NCBI GenBank assembly: GCA_951406725.2
Contig: OX597840.1
Location: forward strand, 33,542,001 to 33,606,000
Direction: 5' to 3'
Length of the DNA stretch: 64,000 bases
From: Octopus vulgaris
Taxonomy: Eukaryota
Shown here: positions 15,636 through 29,289 of the stretch, piece after piece
How positions within the stretch are numbered: the first letter of the stretch is position 1
Layout of the letters: every line of letters begins with the position of its first letter
Made by a program: the position numbers and the translations under genes
The notes under the pieces: generated by a model
The model's input: the letters and a program-made list of their open reading frames with translations, nothing else
The model's database searches: none
Told to the model about the DNA's origin: nothing

Positions 15636-15723
15636 GCTCCTTCTATAAAATAAATTAATTTACTCTGCTATGTATTGAGTACCTTATTTACTGTGGTTAA
15701 CCCCGACTCAACGCGGGACCTAC

Positions 15724-15771
<48 letters not shown>

Positions 15772-16412
15772 CCCCTCCTCTCCTCTTCCCCCTTCTCCTC
15801 CCCCTCTTCTTCCCCTCGCCTTCTCTCCCCCTCTTCTCCCCCTCCCCCTCTTCTCCTCACTACACCACATGACTTTACACATCACATCACATATGATGTG
15901 CCATACTAATACACACACCAACTAATACATACTAATACCTACTAATACATACCAGTACATACTAATACTTACACCAACCCTATACATACACACGTCCAGA
16001 CCCCGCATACGCACTTATACTCTCTCACACACACACACACACACACCTATACATACCAATACGTACTAATACATACTAATACATACTAATACATACACCA
16101 ACCCCATACATACGCACGTCCAGACCAATCTTACGCACTAATACTCTCTCATACACACACACACACACACACACCCTTATACATACTAATACATACACCA
16201 ACCCTATACATACACACATCCAGACCCCTCCCACGCACTTTTAGCTGGTCCCTCAACCCTTTTATCAACCCTATTATCTCCCCTTATTTCGCTCTCGCGT
16301 CTCATGTTTGATCTTTGACCTCTGGCCGAAATCAGATCGCCATGTTGATTCGTTAGCTACTGCACGCATTTTTTTTTCTCTCCTTCTTTCTGTGTTTTTC
16401 TCTCTCTGTGTA

Positions 16413-16450
16413 TCTTTCTGTTGAAGAGCGTAGGCTCGAAACGTTAAAGA
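16413..16450 (+). ncRNA. Minimal hammerhead-like motif, A6U variant
   Basis: TCTTT-CTGTTGA-A-GAGCgtagGCTC-GAAA-CG-TT-AAAGA. Relatives lie at 21718-21753 (-) and 63917-63950 (+, GUG site). Confidence 0.5.
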
Positions 16451-16547
16451 CTTGTTTTATTTATATTTCCTGAGCGCCATACTAATACAATTGTTCGTTT
16501 GTTTTCCACCTGCCTTCGTCTTTTGTTTATTTTCATAAAGCTTCCCG

Positions 16548-16598
<51 letters not shown>

Positions 16599-17418
16599 GA
16601 TGTGTGTGTGTGTGTGTGTGTATGTTTGTGTGTCTGTGTTTACGTCCCCGTAACTTAGTGGTTCGGCAAAAGAGACTGATAGAATAAGTACTAGGCTTGC
16701 AAAGAATAAGTCCCAGGGTCGAGTTGTTCGATTAAAGGCGGTGCTCCAGCATGGGCGCAGTCAAATGACTGAAACAAGTAAAAGAGTAAACGAGAGTAAA
16801 ACAAAGTCCTTTTATATATCTACACTGGAATGGTGTATGGGTTGCTCGGATTTTATGTGATCTGAAGGGTATTTGGTTGTTATGTTTAGCAGGGTGAATG
16901 TCCGCGTAGAGGCGTAGAGGTTTCTGTGAGCTGGGTGGAGACGGGGTATGTTTATGTCCTGCTCCAGCATGGCCGCAGTGAAATGACTGAAACAAGTAAA
17001 GAGTAAAAGACTACTTCCACGGGACATATTCACTGCCCTTCACATGATTACGTGTTAGCTTGTTGACCCCTACGCCAAAACCCACGGGAAACCGTGTGAT
17101 CTGGTTTTCTTATTGCTCACACACAACCGGGGTCGGCAAAATCTTTGGAGGTGGGTAAGGTTGGAAATGGCTTTATATTTTGTGAGCTATTTACCATACA
17201 GCGGTCCTAGAGACGTGATCTTGTGTAGAGCTGACCAGATCGGCTAGGGCACTCCAACCCTGGGGAAATCCCTTAAACACGGGCAAGAACTGTGCCCGTT
17301 GTAATATAAATAAATTACCAGTTTCGTTCAAAATACTGGCGTTTAATTCGATAGTACAGGAGAGTATTTCATTTCAAGAAGAGATTGAAAAAAGCAAAAC
17401 AAATAATAATTAAAAAAC

Positions 17419-17490
17419 TGCGTCAGCCGGGAGTCGAACCCGGATCGACTGCTTGGAAGGCAACCATGCTAACCGTTACACCACTGACGC
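17419..17490 (-). tRNA. tRNA-Gly (anticodon TCC)
   Basis: GCGTCAGTGGTGTAACGGTTAGCATGGTTGCCTTCCAAGCAGTCGATCCGGGTTCGACTCCCGGCTGACGCA. It folds as a cloverleaf with a perfect 7-bp acceptor stem, has A/B boxes, and is followed by a T6 Pol III terminator. Confidence 0.95.
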
Positions 17491-17563
17491 CCGACAAGGG
17501 CTTGAATCTAAATTTAGTATATATTTTATGAAAATAACATAGCTCTAGGATATACACAAACAT

Positions 17564-17594
<31 letters not shown>

Positions 17595-17609
17595 GTTATA
17601 TATATATAC

Positions 17610-17682
<73 letters not shown>

Positions 17683-17743
17683 TATATACATATATATACA
17701 TATATACATATATATACATATATACATATATACATATATATAC

Positions 17744-17789
<46 letters not shown>

Positions 17790-18050
17790 GTATGTATGTT
17801 TGTATGTATGCATGCATGCATATATGCATACAAACATACATACAAACATACATACATACACACACACGTACATACTGAGAGAGGAGAATAACGCGATAGT
17901 AAAGGAATGATGACGGCGGCGATGTGAAGTGGTGGTGGTGGGTGTCATGACTAGTTTTCAAGTCTAAGAATTCTGTCCCGACCGAGAAAATTATTTTGAT
18001 GACGTGGAAGGCATCTGTAATCTATTCTTACCATATTTTATACACTTCCT

Positions 18051-18086
<36 letters not shown>

Positions 18087-21055
18087 TCTCCCTCTTTCTT
18101 CTTTGTCTCCTCTGCCTCTCATTCTCATACCCTGTTAGTGATGTCTGTCATACATATACACATAGATTTAATTATATATATATATATATAGACACAAGCG
18201 CAGGAGTTGGTGGGTGCTGAGAACCTTGCTTCCCAAGTATACGGTTCCGGGTTCAGTCCAACTGCGTGACACTTTGGGCAAATGTTTTCTACTATGGCCT
18301 CGGGCCCACCAAAGCCTTGTAAGTGGACTTGGTAGGTGGAAACTGAAAGAAGCCCGTCGTATATATATATATTGAGTGCATTGCTTTGCACAAATATTTC
18401 AAGGATTGTTATGAAAAACGTAACAACCGGAAAACTTGACAAAAACGACATTGTTTTGTTTTGCCAAATTTTCCGCGTTTTTGTTAAATTTTGTGGGGCC
18501 TCAAACAGGTTCCTCCGAACTGCCCGTAATGTTATTCGACAGGATACGTACGTCTGCAGTCAGGGAATTTCTTCTCCAAGTCGTGAATGCAGCGCAAATG
18601 CAAGTAGCTGAAATGGGAAACCTCTGAACGGCCTACGGAGTAATGTTATTCGACAGGGGCCGTAGCGCAGGTGTCAAGTCAAGTCCCCACGTGAAAACAA
18701 GAGATCAAAATCGGGATTGCCTGAACGGACTCTGGATTAAGGTTACTCGGTTTGTGTATCTCTCATAAGGGACCGAAGTGTGGATCCTTAGAACGGCCGC
18801 GAAAGTAATATTACTCGACAGGGAGCGTAGCCCAATGGTCAGTGATTTTCTCCAGGTCGAACTGTTTCGTCTGACCTTCGAAATGCTTGAACAACCCGTC
18901 TGAACCTGTCGAGATTCACAGTTCAGTTTGTACTATTCATCCTTTTGGTCGTTGAATACGAAACGTAGCTCGCCACCTTAGTAAGGATGGTTTTTGTTTA
19001 GTCAATATCTTACCCTTGTACACTAAACCGTCGCAAGATTGCACATTGAAACCGACGTAGACCGGACCCACGTGAAATGAAGTGTTTTGCTCAATAAAAA
19101 AAAAACGGACAGCCGGTCTGGGATTCGAAACAACGTTCTGGCGATCGCGAGTGCAACACCACGCGTCTAGTGGTTAGGGTCATATCACGTTGAATGCGTG
19201 GAATCTCGAGCCACTACTCCTCACTGAGAGGCCACACTTCCAGTATTAAGGGCATGTTATTAGAATGTTGCAGGTAAGAATCGGTTCTTGGAGCTGAGCC
19301 AAACGTCAGGAGACATAGGGAGACTTAGGGGACCGTCAAACTGATTGTCAGAAAATGTCCAAAATCTCAGGAAATCCGTCAGAATGTCTAAGGACGATTG
19401 CTTCTGGTCGAACCTTATTGGGGCAGTGTTTGAGGACTCCACTCCAAGGACCCTCCCTCGAATAACGGGCGAAAAGACGGAGAGATTAATGGATGGACTA
19501 AACTAGAATTATTTGCTTTTATAAACTTTATTTAAGTCGAAATAAAATCACAAACATTGCAAAAGCTACGAAAAGAAGTTTTGAAATTGAAGAATTTCAT
19601 TGTCTACAAAATATCAATAAACTAAGTTCTGAAGCAGAGAAAGTTTTTCAGGAACAGAAACTCTATACGTTGTTTCAGTATTTCATTGCTTCGTTCTGTG
19701 TTTTTCATTTTTTCATTTTTTTTTTCATTTTCTTTTGCCATTTTTCAAGAAGACGGTTTGTGAAGTTTGTTATTCTATGTCACGTGTAAGCGCCATGTGT
19801 GTCAAGCGACATCATTCAGATTTGGCCTTCTATTTTCAGGTCTCAAGTCTCAAATATCAGTTAACAATTTATGCTACGAAGGGCGCATGAAAAACGGTGA
19901 ATTACCAGCGAAATATCGTGAGTGTCGACCAGATATCAATAGGTTATTGTCGTGTTGTTTTTAGGTTAAAATGGTACCAGGAAAGACTTTGCATCCCGTT
20001 GCCGAATCACAAGACATTCACTCGTAGATCAGGCTTTGAAAAAAACGTAGCAAAATGTTTTTGACATGGCGCCGATTTAAATTGCTTCAACATTTCTTCG
20101 TAGAATTTGCATATTGCTTTCGCCTAGAATTTTGCATATTGCTTTCGCGTAGAATAAGTGTCGATAATACAGAAAATGGTTCAAAGGCATAAACCGAAAA
20201 TATCTTGTGCAAATATCCTGATTATCGTTCTCTTTGAGTGTGTGCATTGACCAAGGATCGATACATGGATGCGTGAAGGTGTTTCGCTTCTTTGTGCAGG
20301 TGTGAGTGATTTGATTGCAAAGGCACTCAATTCCAGGGAACTTCCTAAGCTCCCCCCGCTGCCTCTCCCGCTGCCTCTCCCGCTCTCTTTCTCTCACTCC
20401 TGTCCTCCTGCAACTTGACCCTCCGCATTATAACAATGGTGGCAAGCCCCACATGCAGCAGCACCAACGTCATTATCATAGCCAATTCGATGTAATTCAT
20501 CTCGGCAGTGTTTCCGAATAGACCTGAAAAAAAAAAGGAAGAAAGACAGAAAGTGAGAGAGAAAGACGGGAAGATGTGATTTCAATATGAATCGATTTAC
20601 ATAGATATCAATACATCTGTCTCTCTAGATCTCCGTAACCATCTATCTACACTCACATACACCCACAAGTCTTCGAAACGTCAAAAGCTCTCTTTTTACC
20701 GAGCGTGAAACTAATACGAAGGTGAGTCAAAAAGTAATACCATTTTGTCGTTGATTGTTCTTTGAGCCACTTCTTCACTACAGTTTTCACTTCCTCGTCA
20801 CTGGAATAATCTAGCGCCTTCAGACTATCATCTCTTCGGCCCCATGAAAGAGGATTTGAGAGGCAAACATTATTCCATTGACGAGGAGAAGACGGGAAGA
20901 TGTGTTTTCAATATGAATCGATTTACATAGATATCAATAAATCTACCTCTCTATATCTCCGTACATATCTATCTACACTCACATACACCCATAACTCTTC
21001 GAAACGTCAAACGCTCTCTCTTTTCACGCGAATTTAATTAAATTCTATGTCTTTG

Positions 21056-21142
21056 TGCAGCTCAAGATTGCTCTGCATTTTAAATCGATGTAATGTTTGC
21101 ATTGTTCAATTAAATGGAGTTGCATGAAACGATCGTACTGCA
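21056..21142 (+). ncRNA. Degenerate hammerhead (G5C), relative of 42489-42577
   Basis: TGCAG-CTCAAGA-...TTGTTCAATTAAATGGAGTTGCAT-GAAA-CGATCG-TA-CTGCA. Confidence 0.5.
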
Positions 21143-21174
21143 TTACCTATGGGTATCCTTTTTGCTAATTTTGA

Positions 21175-21242
<68 letters not shown>

Positions 21243-21563
21243 ATAAAATCGATGTTTAAATACAGATCGTAACAGGTGGCCGGCATGGGAATAAAAACCT
21301 TTTCAAAGAAAATAATTATTTAAAATTATAATTTAGTAGCGTGGTGGTATCTCTTAGGTAGCCTAAATTATGATTTGGCCTAGTGGTTAGGGCAGCGGAC
21401 TCGCGGTCGTAGGATCGCGGTTTCGATTCCCAGACCGGACGTTGTGAGTGTTTATTGAGCGAAAACACCTAAAAGCTCCACGAGGCTCCGGCAGGGGATG
21501 GTGGCGACCCCTGCTCTATTCTTTCACCACTCTTTCTCCTGATGGACTGGTCGGTCACGTGAT

Positions 21564-21625
<62 letters not shown>

Positions 21626-21947
21626 AGACTTCACGAAAAAGAAACAACAAAAGATGAAGACAGGTGGTGTAGAAAATAAACAGATGTATTAGTATAACGC
21701 TCGGGAATTGAAAGGGTCTTTAACGTTTCGAGCCTACGCTCTTCCACAGAAAGGAACAGAGAAAGAAACAAGGAGAAAAAAAAATGCATGTAGTGGCTAC
21801 CGATCTATCATGGCGACTCACTTGATCATGTCTCTTCTCATCACCCACGAACTTCTCCACTGAACTTTCTACCTTTCTACCCTTTACGGATTCTCTTTTG
21901 GACATTTTACCATCCGGTTGCACCTCTCCTACCTATGGACTACTCTG

Positions 21948-22011
<64 letters not shown>

Positions 22012-22457
22012 TCTATGTGTGTGTGTGTGTGTATGTGCATACATACATACCTATTAGTCCAAAAGAAACTAGTGGTAAGAACATTTTTCCGATTCAACTA
22101 TTTGCTTCTTTTCCTATTCTTTTTTCCCCCTTTTTTTCTTCTTCGTTTTTTTTTTTACCGTTGTTGTTGTCGTTGTTGTTGCTCTCACCGAGTTAAGCCT
22201 TTTTTGTTCGTTTGTTCTTTTTTCATTCCAATACTCTGGTATTCCTGCTCTGTATACACGACTTCGGTGTACACCGTCTTCAGTTTGTCGCCAGAATAAA
22301 CCGAAATCTACGAAGATTTTTTCCTATTGGTTTATGTATGTATGTATGTATGTATGTATGTATGTATGTATGTATGTATGTATGTATGTATGTATGTATG
22401 TGTGTGTGTATGTATGTATGTATGTATATATGTGTATATATAAATATATATATATAC

Positions 22458-22489
<32 letters not shown>

Positions 22490-22984
22490 GCCTTTCTCAA
22501 TAAATTTCCTCCACTCTCTCTCTATTCTATCTATCTTCTCTCCCCTCTCTCTGTTTTTTCTGCCTTGTTTTTCTCTGTCCGTCTTTCTCTTTCTGTCCTT
22601 CTTTTCTCTCTTGTGACGAAACAATTCTTCATTTGTCAAGTCGAAACAGCGTCGGACAAAATATTCGTCCTGATGTAATAATGCATTCTAATTTTGCCAC
22701 AAGGATAGCAATTTATTGTTGTTTATTTACGACATGAAAGACTAAATTTGCATCACACCTGTCCCTGCATTGTTTTCACCTTTCTAATGCAATGGCTGTA
22801 CCTTGTGATGGGATATCAGCTTCTCGATATTTGGCTGAAAGGTACTAAGTTAGTCTTAGCTCACCGCGTTCAATAATTTTCAGTCTGTTTCTTTGCTCAG
22901 AACGAATCTGGGCAGCTACAGTGGTCACGTGGGCATTATTGTGGGAAGATGCCTTGAGTCAGTTATTGCTAACTTATCAGCCTC

Positions 22985-23610
22985 CCAGTACTCCCCTTAC
23001 CACAAGCCTAACCAATATCTTAAATACCTTAACATCCACTCCAATCACCCCAAATCCATTTGCGATAACATAATCAAGTGCATCTCCACCCGCATATCCG
23101 ATCTCTCTTCCACGGAGGAAATTTTCAATAATCACGCACCATATTATAATCAAGCACTTGCTGCTAGTGGCTTTTCCCAACAAATAGAATACAACCATAA
23201 TACCAGGCTCAAACAAATACATATCTCAAATCACATCTCAAACACGCACCAACCATCACAATCGCAACCAACAACATACACTCGTCGAAGGAACCTTGGA
23301 AGGTCTTACACCTAGGTCTTTTATTTCTTATTAATCTTCAAGAAGGTATTCTGTAAATCTTACTGAGAGCGATATAATCAGTTATAGAGAATGGAACTCT
23401 CAGCGCAAGGAAGCGGAAGATCCTATGGTTCGCCCAATCTTCTCCCTCCAAGTTAAATCTTTCCTTTAGAATCCTAATCTCTAACTCCCCATCACAGCAT
23501 AAATGCTACCCTATATTTAATAAATCATCGGTTAAACTGTCCTACTCTACCACAGCTAATGTGGGATCCATAACCGCCTCCACTACCAGACGTAAACTTC
23601 AACGCCACTC
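22985..23610 (+). mobile_element. Penelope-like element (PLE) reverse transcriptase C-terminal fragment, degraded
   Basis: PYHKPNQYLKYLNIHSNHPKSI...ISTRISDLSSTEEIFNNHAPYYNQALAASGF and IFNKSSVKLSYSTTANVGSI are typical of the PLE RT thumb/linker region. Confidence 0.8.
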
Positions 23611-24205
23611 CTTGGAACCTGCTCTATGTCACACTGCATACTAAATTAACCCACCTAGTGGAAATAATACATCTCGCAGAAGGCGGGGAACTAGCAGAAG
23701 CGTTAGCTTGCCGGGCGAAATGATTAGCAGTTTTTCGTCTGTCTTTACGTTCTGAGTTCAAATTCCGCCGAGGTCGACTTTGCCTTTCATCATTTCGGGG
23801 TCGATAAATTAAGTACCGGTTTCGTACTGGAGTGGATCTAATCGGCTGGCCTCCTCCCAGAAAATTTCGGGCCTTGTGCCTAGAGTAGAAAGGGAATAAT
23901 CCAACTCGCAGTAACCCTCCTTGACTAAACAATTACTGACTCAAGGCATCTTCCCACAATATTGTCCATGTGACCACTGCAGTTGCTCAGATTCGTTCTA
24001 AGCAAAGAAACAGACTGAAAATTATTGAACACGGGGAGCTAAGACTACCTTAGTACCTTTCAGCCAAATGTCGAGAATCTGATATCCCATCACAAGGTAC
24101 AGCCATTGCATTTGAAAGGTGAAAGCAATGCAGTTAGTCTTTCGTGTCGTAGAAAACAACAACAACAAAAACAGGCCTAATTCGGTTGAGTTTTATTCGA
24201 GAAAA

Positions 24206-24690
24206 GTGGAGGCGCGTGGCTTAGTGGTTAGGGTGTCAGCACCATGATCGTAAGATTGTGGTTTCGATTTCTGGACCGGGCAACGCATTGTGTTCTTGAG
24301 CAAAACACTTCATTTCACGTTGCTCCAGTCCACTCAGCTGGCAAAAATGAGTAACGCTGCGATGGACTGGCGTCCCGTCCAGCTGGGGAACACATACGCC
24401 ATTGAAACTGGGAAACCGGGCCCATGAGCCTGGCTAGGCTTTAAAAGGGCGCATTTATTTTTAGTGGAGGCACGTGGCTTAGTGGTTAGGGTGTCAGCAT
24501 CATGATCGTAAGATTGTGGTTTCGATTCCTGGACCGGACAACGCGTCGTGTTCTTGAGCAAAACACTTCATTTCACTTTGCTCCAGTGCTGTGATGGACT
24601 GGCGTCTCGTCCAGCTGGGGAACACATACGCCATAGAAACCGGGAAACCGGGCCCTTGATCCTGGCTAGGCTTTAAAAGGGTGCATTTAT
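24206..24690 (+). mobile_element. Two tandem tRNA-derived SINEs (family C)
   Basis: The unit tggaggcgcgtggcttagtggttagggtg...ggctaggctttaaaagggcgcattta is repeated. An inverted copy lies at 12110-12363. Confidence 0.75.
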
Positions 24691-25355
24691 TTATTATTTA
24701 TTTTATTCGATAAATACAGCTGTTTTGAATTTGCAGTAGGAGGAGGAGGTCGATGTATGCGATGGTGAAGGTGTGTGTGGGGATGGGCCGCTCGGGATGC
24801 CAAGGGGCCGGCAGTCAGAAAGACTTTGGGATCCACTGATCTAAAGTGACAACTGGTCGGTTGAGACTTCAATAGAGTTTTTAGTCCGGAGTGGGCTTGA
24901 AGCGTAAATCATGTCGACCTCAGGGTCTGATTGATATCTATGCAATCGATATTAAATGTTGGGAATAGGCAAAGCTAACCTAGGTCTGGCTTGAACTCAG
25001 ATTATTACATCCGGCCGATAAGGCGGCGAGCTGGCAGGATTGTTAGGACATGGGCGAAAAGCTCATCGATATTTCGCCTGCCGCTACATTCTGAGTTCAA
25101 TTTTCGCCAAGGTCGACTTTGCCGTTCATCCTTTCGGAGTGGATAAATTAAGTACCAGTTGAACACTGGGGTCGATATGATCGACTATCCTCTTCCCCAA
25201 AAATTTCTATCCTTGTGGCAAAATTTGAAAGAATTATCACATCAGGCCGAATATTTGGTCCGATGCTGTTTCGACTTGACAAGTGAAGTGTTGTTTCGTC
25301 ACAAGAGAGAAAAGAAGGACAGAAAGAGAGAGAGAGGGAAGAAGATAAAAGATAT

Positions 25356-25394
<39 letters not shown>

Positions 25395-25414
25395 AGAAAT
25401 TTATAGAGAAAAGC

Positions 25415-25446
<32 letters not shown>

Positions 25447-25528
25447 GTATGTATGTACGTATGTATGTACGTATGTATGTATGTATATATGTATATATAT
25501 GTATACACACATATATATATATATATGT

Positions 25529-25567
<39 letters not shown>

Positions 25568-25629
25568 AGTGAGAGAGAGTGTGAGAAAATTATAGAGAAA
25601 GGTATATACACATATATAGAGAGAAAGGC

Positions 25630-25670
<41 letters not shown>

Positions 25671-25674
25671 CACA

Positions 25675-25732
<58 letters not shown>

Positions 25733-26954
25733 AAGATAGATAAATAGATAGATAGATAGATAGATAGATATAGATATAGATATATATACATATACATATA
25801 TATATACATACATACATACACCAATAGAAAAAAAACTAGCGTTCTTCGTAGATTTCGGTTTATTCTGGCGACAAACTGAAGACGGTGTACACCGAAGTCG
25901 TGTATACAGAGCAGGAATACCAGAGTATTGAAATAAAAAAAGAACAAACGAACAAAAAAGGCTTAACTCGGTGGGAACAACAACAACGACAACAACAACG
26001 GTAAAAAAAAACGAAGAAGAAAAAAGGGGGAAAAAAAGAATAGGAAAAGAAGCAAATAGTTGAATCGGAAAAATGTTCTTACCACTAGTTTCTTTTGGAC
26101 TAACAGGTATGTACGTATGCACACACACACACACACACGACTTTGTGTGTGTTTTTATATATTTTATATATATATATATATATATACATGCATGGTCGGG
26201 TCGTCGGCGACTAAACCGGCAACCCCACCAAGCTTGCTTGGTGAGGAGGGTGTTTATTGGACACCCTGCGGGATGAAAAACGAAACCTGTCAAAGGGTGG
26301 AGGAACTCTTGAGAGTCAACAGCCATCCAATAAATGCCTTAAGGATGTATCATGCGCGGGGACATAGAAATAATCGGACTGAATATCCGATCGCGCGATT
26401 AAACCATTAGGAGTAAAGAACTCCTAGTCTTTGTTAGGGTATCCTTCTAGGAGAAGGTAACTCAGGTAACTGGGATAACTCCGACATAAAACCTGCGGCT
26501 TAGTGGTTACTGGTGATGTTGACTTGTTCTTCTTTTCGGATTATGGCTGCTGTTGCTTAGTGAGTGGGATTGACTCAGTGCACAGCCTTTCCTCACTTTA
26601 AAAACAATCTTCTTGCACAGGCATTGCACGATAACAACATTGATTAAGCTTCGTGCAATGGCCATACTCGATAACGAGGGGGCAGCCACCATATATATAT
26701 ACATACACATACATACCTATATATATATACATATATATATATTTGCCATCTCAATATGGCTAACCACTAAGGGTGGATGTTACTGTATCTTGTAGCCCCA
26801 GGAGAACATCGTCTCCAGCTGGCTCTAGGCACACTTTCTGTGCCCTTATGGTATTTGCAAAGGGAGGTCATCCTTCCCTCGTCAACCTAAGTGATACGCA
26901 CGGACTGTAGATATTTATTATTGCTTATGTATATATATATATATACATATGTAT

Positions 26955-27460
26955 GTATCATACATCAAAATGAAGCTGGTCCTCTGTGGATCGCATCCCT
27001 ACTTCTCAACATAGTCACCGTTTCTCTCAATAGCAATGTTCCACCTTTGAATGAGAGCGTGTATCCCTGACCCGTAAAATTCTGTTGACTGTTCTTTGAG
27101 CCACTTCTTCACTACAGTTTTCACTTCCTCGTCACTGGAATAATGTTTGCCTCTCAAATCCTCTTTCATGGGGCCCAAGAGATGATAGTCTGAAGGCGCT
27201 AGATTATTCCAGTGACGAGGAAGTGAAAACTGTAGTGAAGAAGTGGCTCAAAGAACAGTCAACAGAATTTTACGGGTCAGGGATACATGCTCTCATTCGA
27301 AGGTGGAACATTGCTATTGAGAGAAACGGTGACTATGTTGAGAAGTAGGGATGTGATCCACAGAGGACCAGCTTCATTTTGATGTATGATACATGTTTTT
27401 GTGTTGGTAATTATACCTGTCCTAGACAAAATGGTATTACTTTTTGACTCACCTTCGTAT
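26955..27460. mobile_element. mariner 3' end arranged as an ~190-bp hairpin, with a TIR
   Basis: YSSDEEVKTVVKKWLKEQSTEFYGSGIHALIRRWNIAIERNGDYVEK is encoded on both strands. The TIR-like end is tactttttgactcaccttcgTA. Confidence 0.8.
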
Positions 27461-29289
27461 TAGTTTCACGCTCGGTAAAAAGAGAGCTTTTGACGTTTCG
27501 AAGACTTGTGGGTGTATGTGAGTGTAGATAGATGGTTACGGAGATCTAGAGAGACAGATGTATTGATATCTATGTAAATCGATTCATATTGAAATCACAT
27601 CTTCCCGTCTTTCTCTCTCACTTTCTGTCTTTTTTCCTTTTTTTTTTCAGGTCTATTCGGAAACACAGCCGAGATGAATTACATCGAATTGGCTATGATA
27701 ATGACGTTGGTGCTGCTGCATGTGGGGCTTGCCACCATTGTTATAATGCGGAGGGTCAAGTTGCAGGAGGACAGGAGTGAGAGAAAGAGAGCGGGAGAGG
27801 CAGCGGGAGAGGCAGCGGGGGGAGCTTAGGAAGTTCCCTGGAATTGAGTGCCTTTGCAATCAAATCACTCACACCTGCACAAAGAATCGAAACACCTTCA
27901 CGCATCCATGTATCGATCCTTGGTCGATGCACACACTCAAAGAGAACGATAATCAGGATATTTGCACAAGATATTTTCGGTTTATGCCTTTGAACCATTT
28001 TCTGTATTATCGACACTTATTCTACGCGAAAGCAATATGCAAATTCTAGGCGAAAGCAATATGCAAATTCTACGAAGAAATGTTGAAGCAATTTAAATCG
28101 GCGCCATGTCAAAAACATTTTGCTACGTTTTTTTCAAAGCCTGATCTACGAGTGAATGTCTTGTGATTCGGCAACGGGATGCAAAGTCTTTCCTGGTACC
28201 ATTTTAACCTAAAAACAACACGACAATAACCTATTGATATCTGGTCGACACTCACGATATTTCGCTGGTAATTCACCGTTTTTCATGCGCCCTTCGTAGC
28301 ATAAATTGTTAACTGATATTTGAGACTTGAGACCTGAAAATAGAAGGCCAAATCTGAATGATGTCGCTTGACACACATGGCGCTTACACGTGACATAGAA
28401 TAACAAACTTCACAAACCGTCTTCTTGAAAAATGGCAAAAGAAAATGAAAAAAAAATGAAAAAATGAAAAACACAGAACGAAGCAATGAAATACTGAAAC
28501 AACGTATAGAGTTTCAGTTCCTGAAAAACTTTCTCTGCTTCAGAACTTAGTTTATTAATATTTTGTAGACAATGAAATTCTACAATTTCATAACTTCTTT
28601 TCGTAGCTTTTGCAATGTTTGTGATTTTATTTCTATATAAATAAAGTTTATAAAAGCAGATAATTCTAGTTTAGTCCATCCATTAATCTCTCCGTCTTTT
28701 CGCCCGTTATTTGAGGGAGGATCGTTGGAGTGGAGTCCTAAAACACTGCCCCAATAAGGTTCGACCAGAAGCAATCGTCCTTAGACATTCTGACGGATTC
28801 CCGAGCGTGGCCAACTGAGATTTTGGATATTTTCTGACTATCAGTTTGACGGTCCCCTAAGTCTCCCTAAATCTCCTGAGGTTTGGCTCAGCTCCAAGAA
28901 CCGATTCTTTCCTGCAACATTCTAAAAACATGCCCTTAGTACTGGAAGTGTGGCCTCTCAGTGAGGAGTAGTGGCTCGAGATTCGATACATTCAACGTGA
29001 TATGACCCTAACCACTAGACGCGTGGTGCTGCACTCGCGATCGCGAGAACCTTGTTTCGAATCCCAGACCGGCTGTCAGTTTTGTTCTTGAGCAAAACAC
29101 TTCATTTCACGTGGGTCCGGTCCACTTCGGTTTCAATGTGCAATCTTGCGACGGTTTAGTGTACAAGGGTGAGAAATTGACTAAACAAAAACCACCCTTA
29201 CTAAGGTCTGGCGAGCTACGTTTCGTATTGAACGACCAAAAGGATGAATAGTACAAATTGAACTGTGAATCCCGACAGGTTCGGACGGA

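Larger units (their letters stand above)
18896..29288. repeat. Large inverted repeat: 18896-20749 pairs with 27425-29288
   Basis: Reverse-complement match by eye. ORF-track translations are identical on opposite strands (19767+ vs 28209-; 20394- vs 27589+ nearly identical). Confidence 0.9.
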
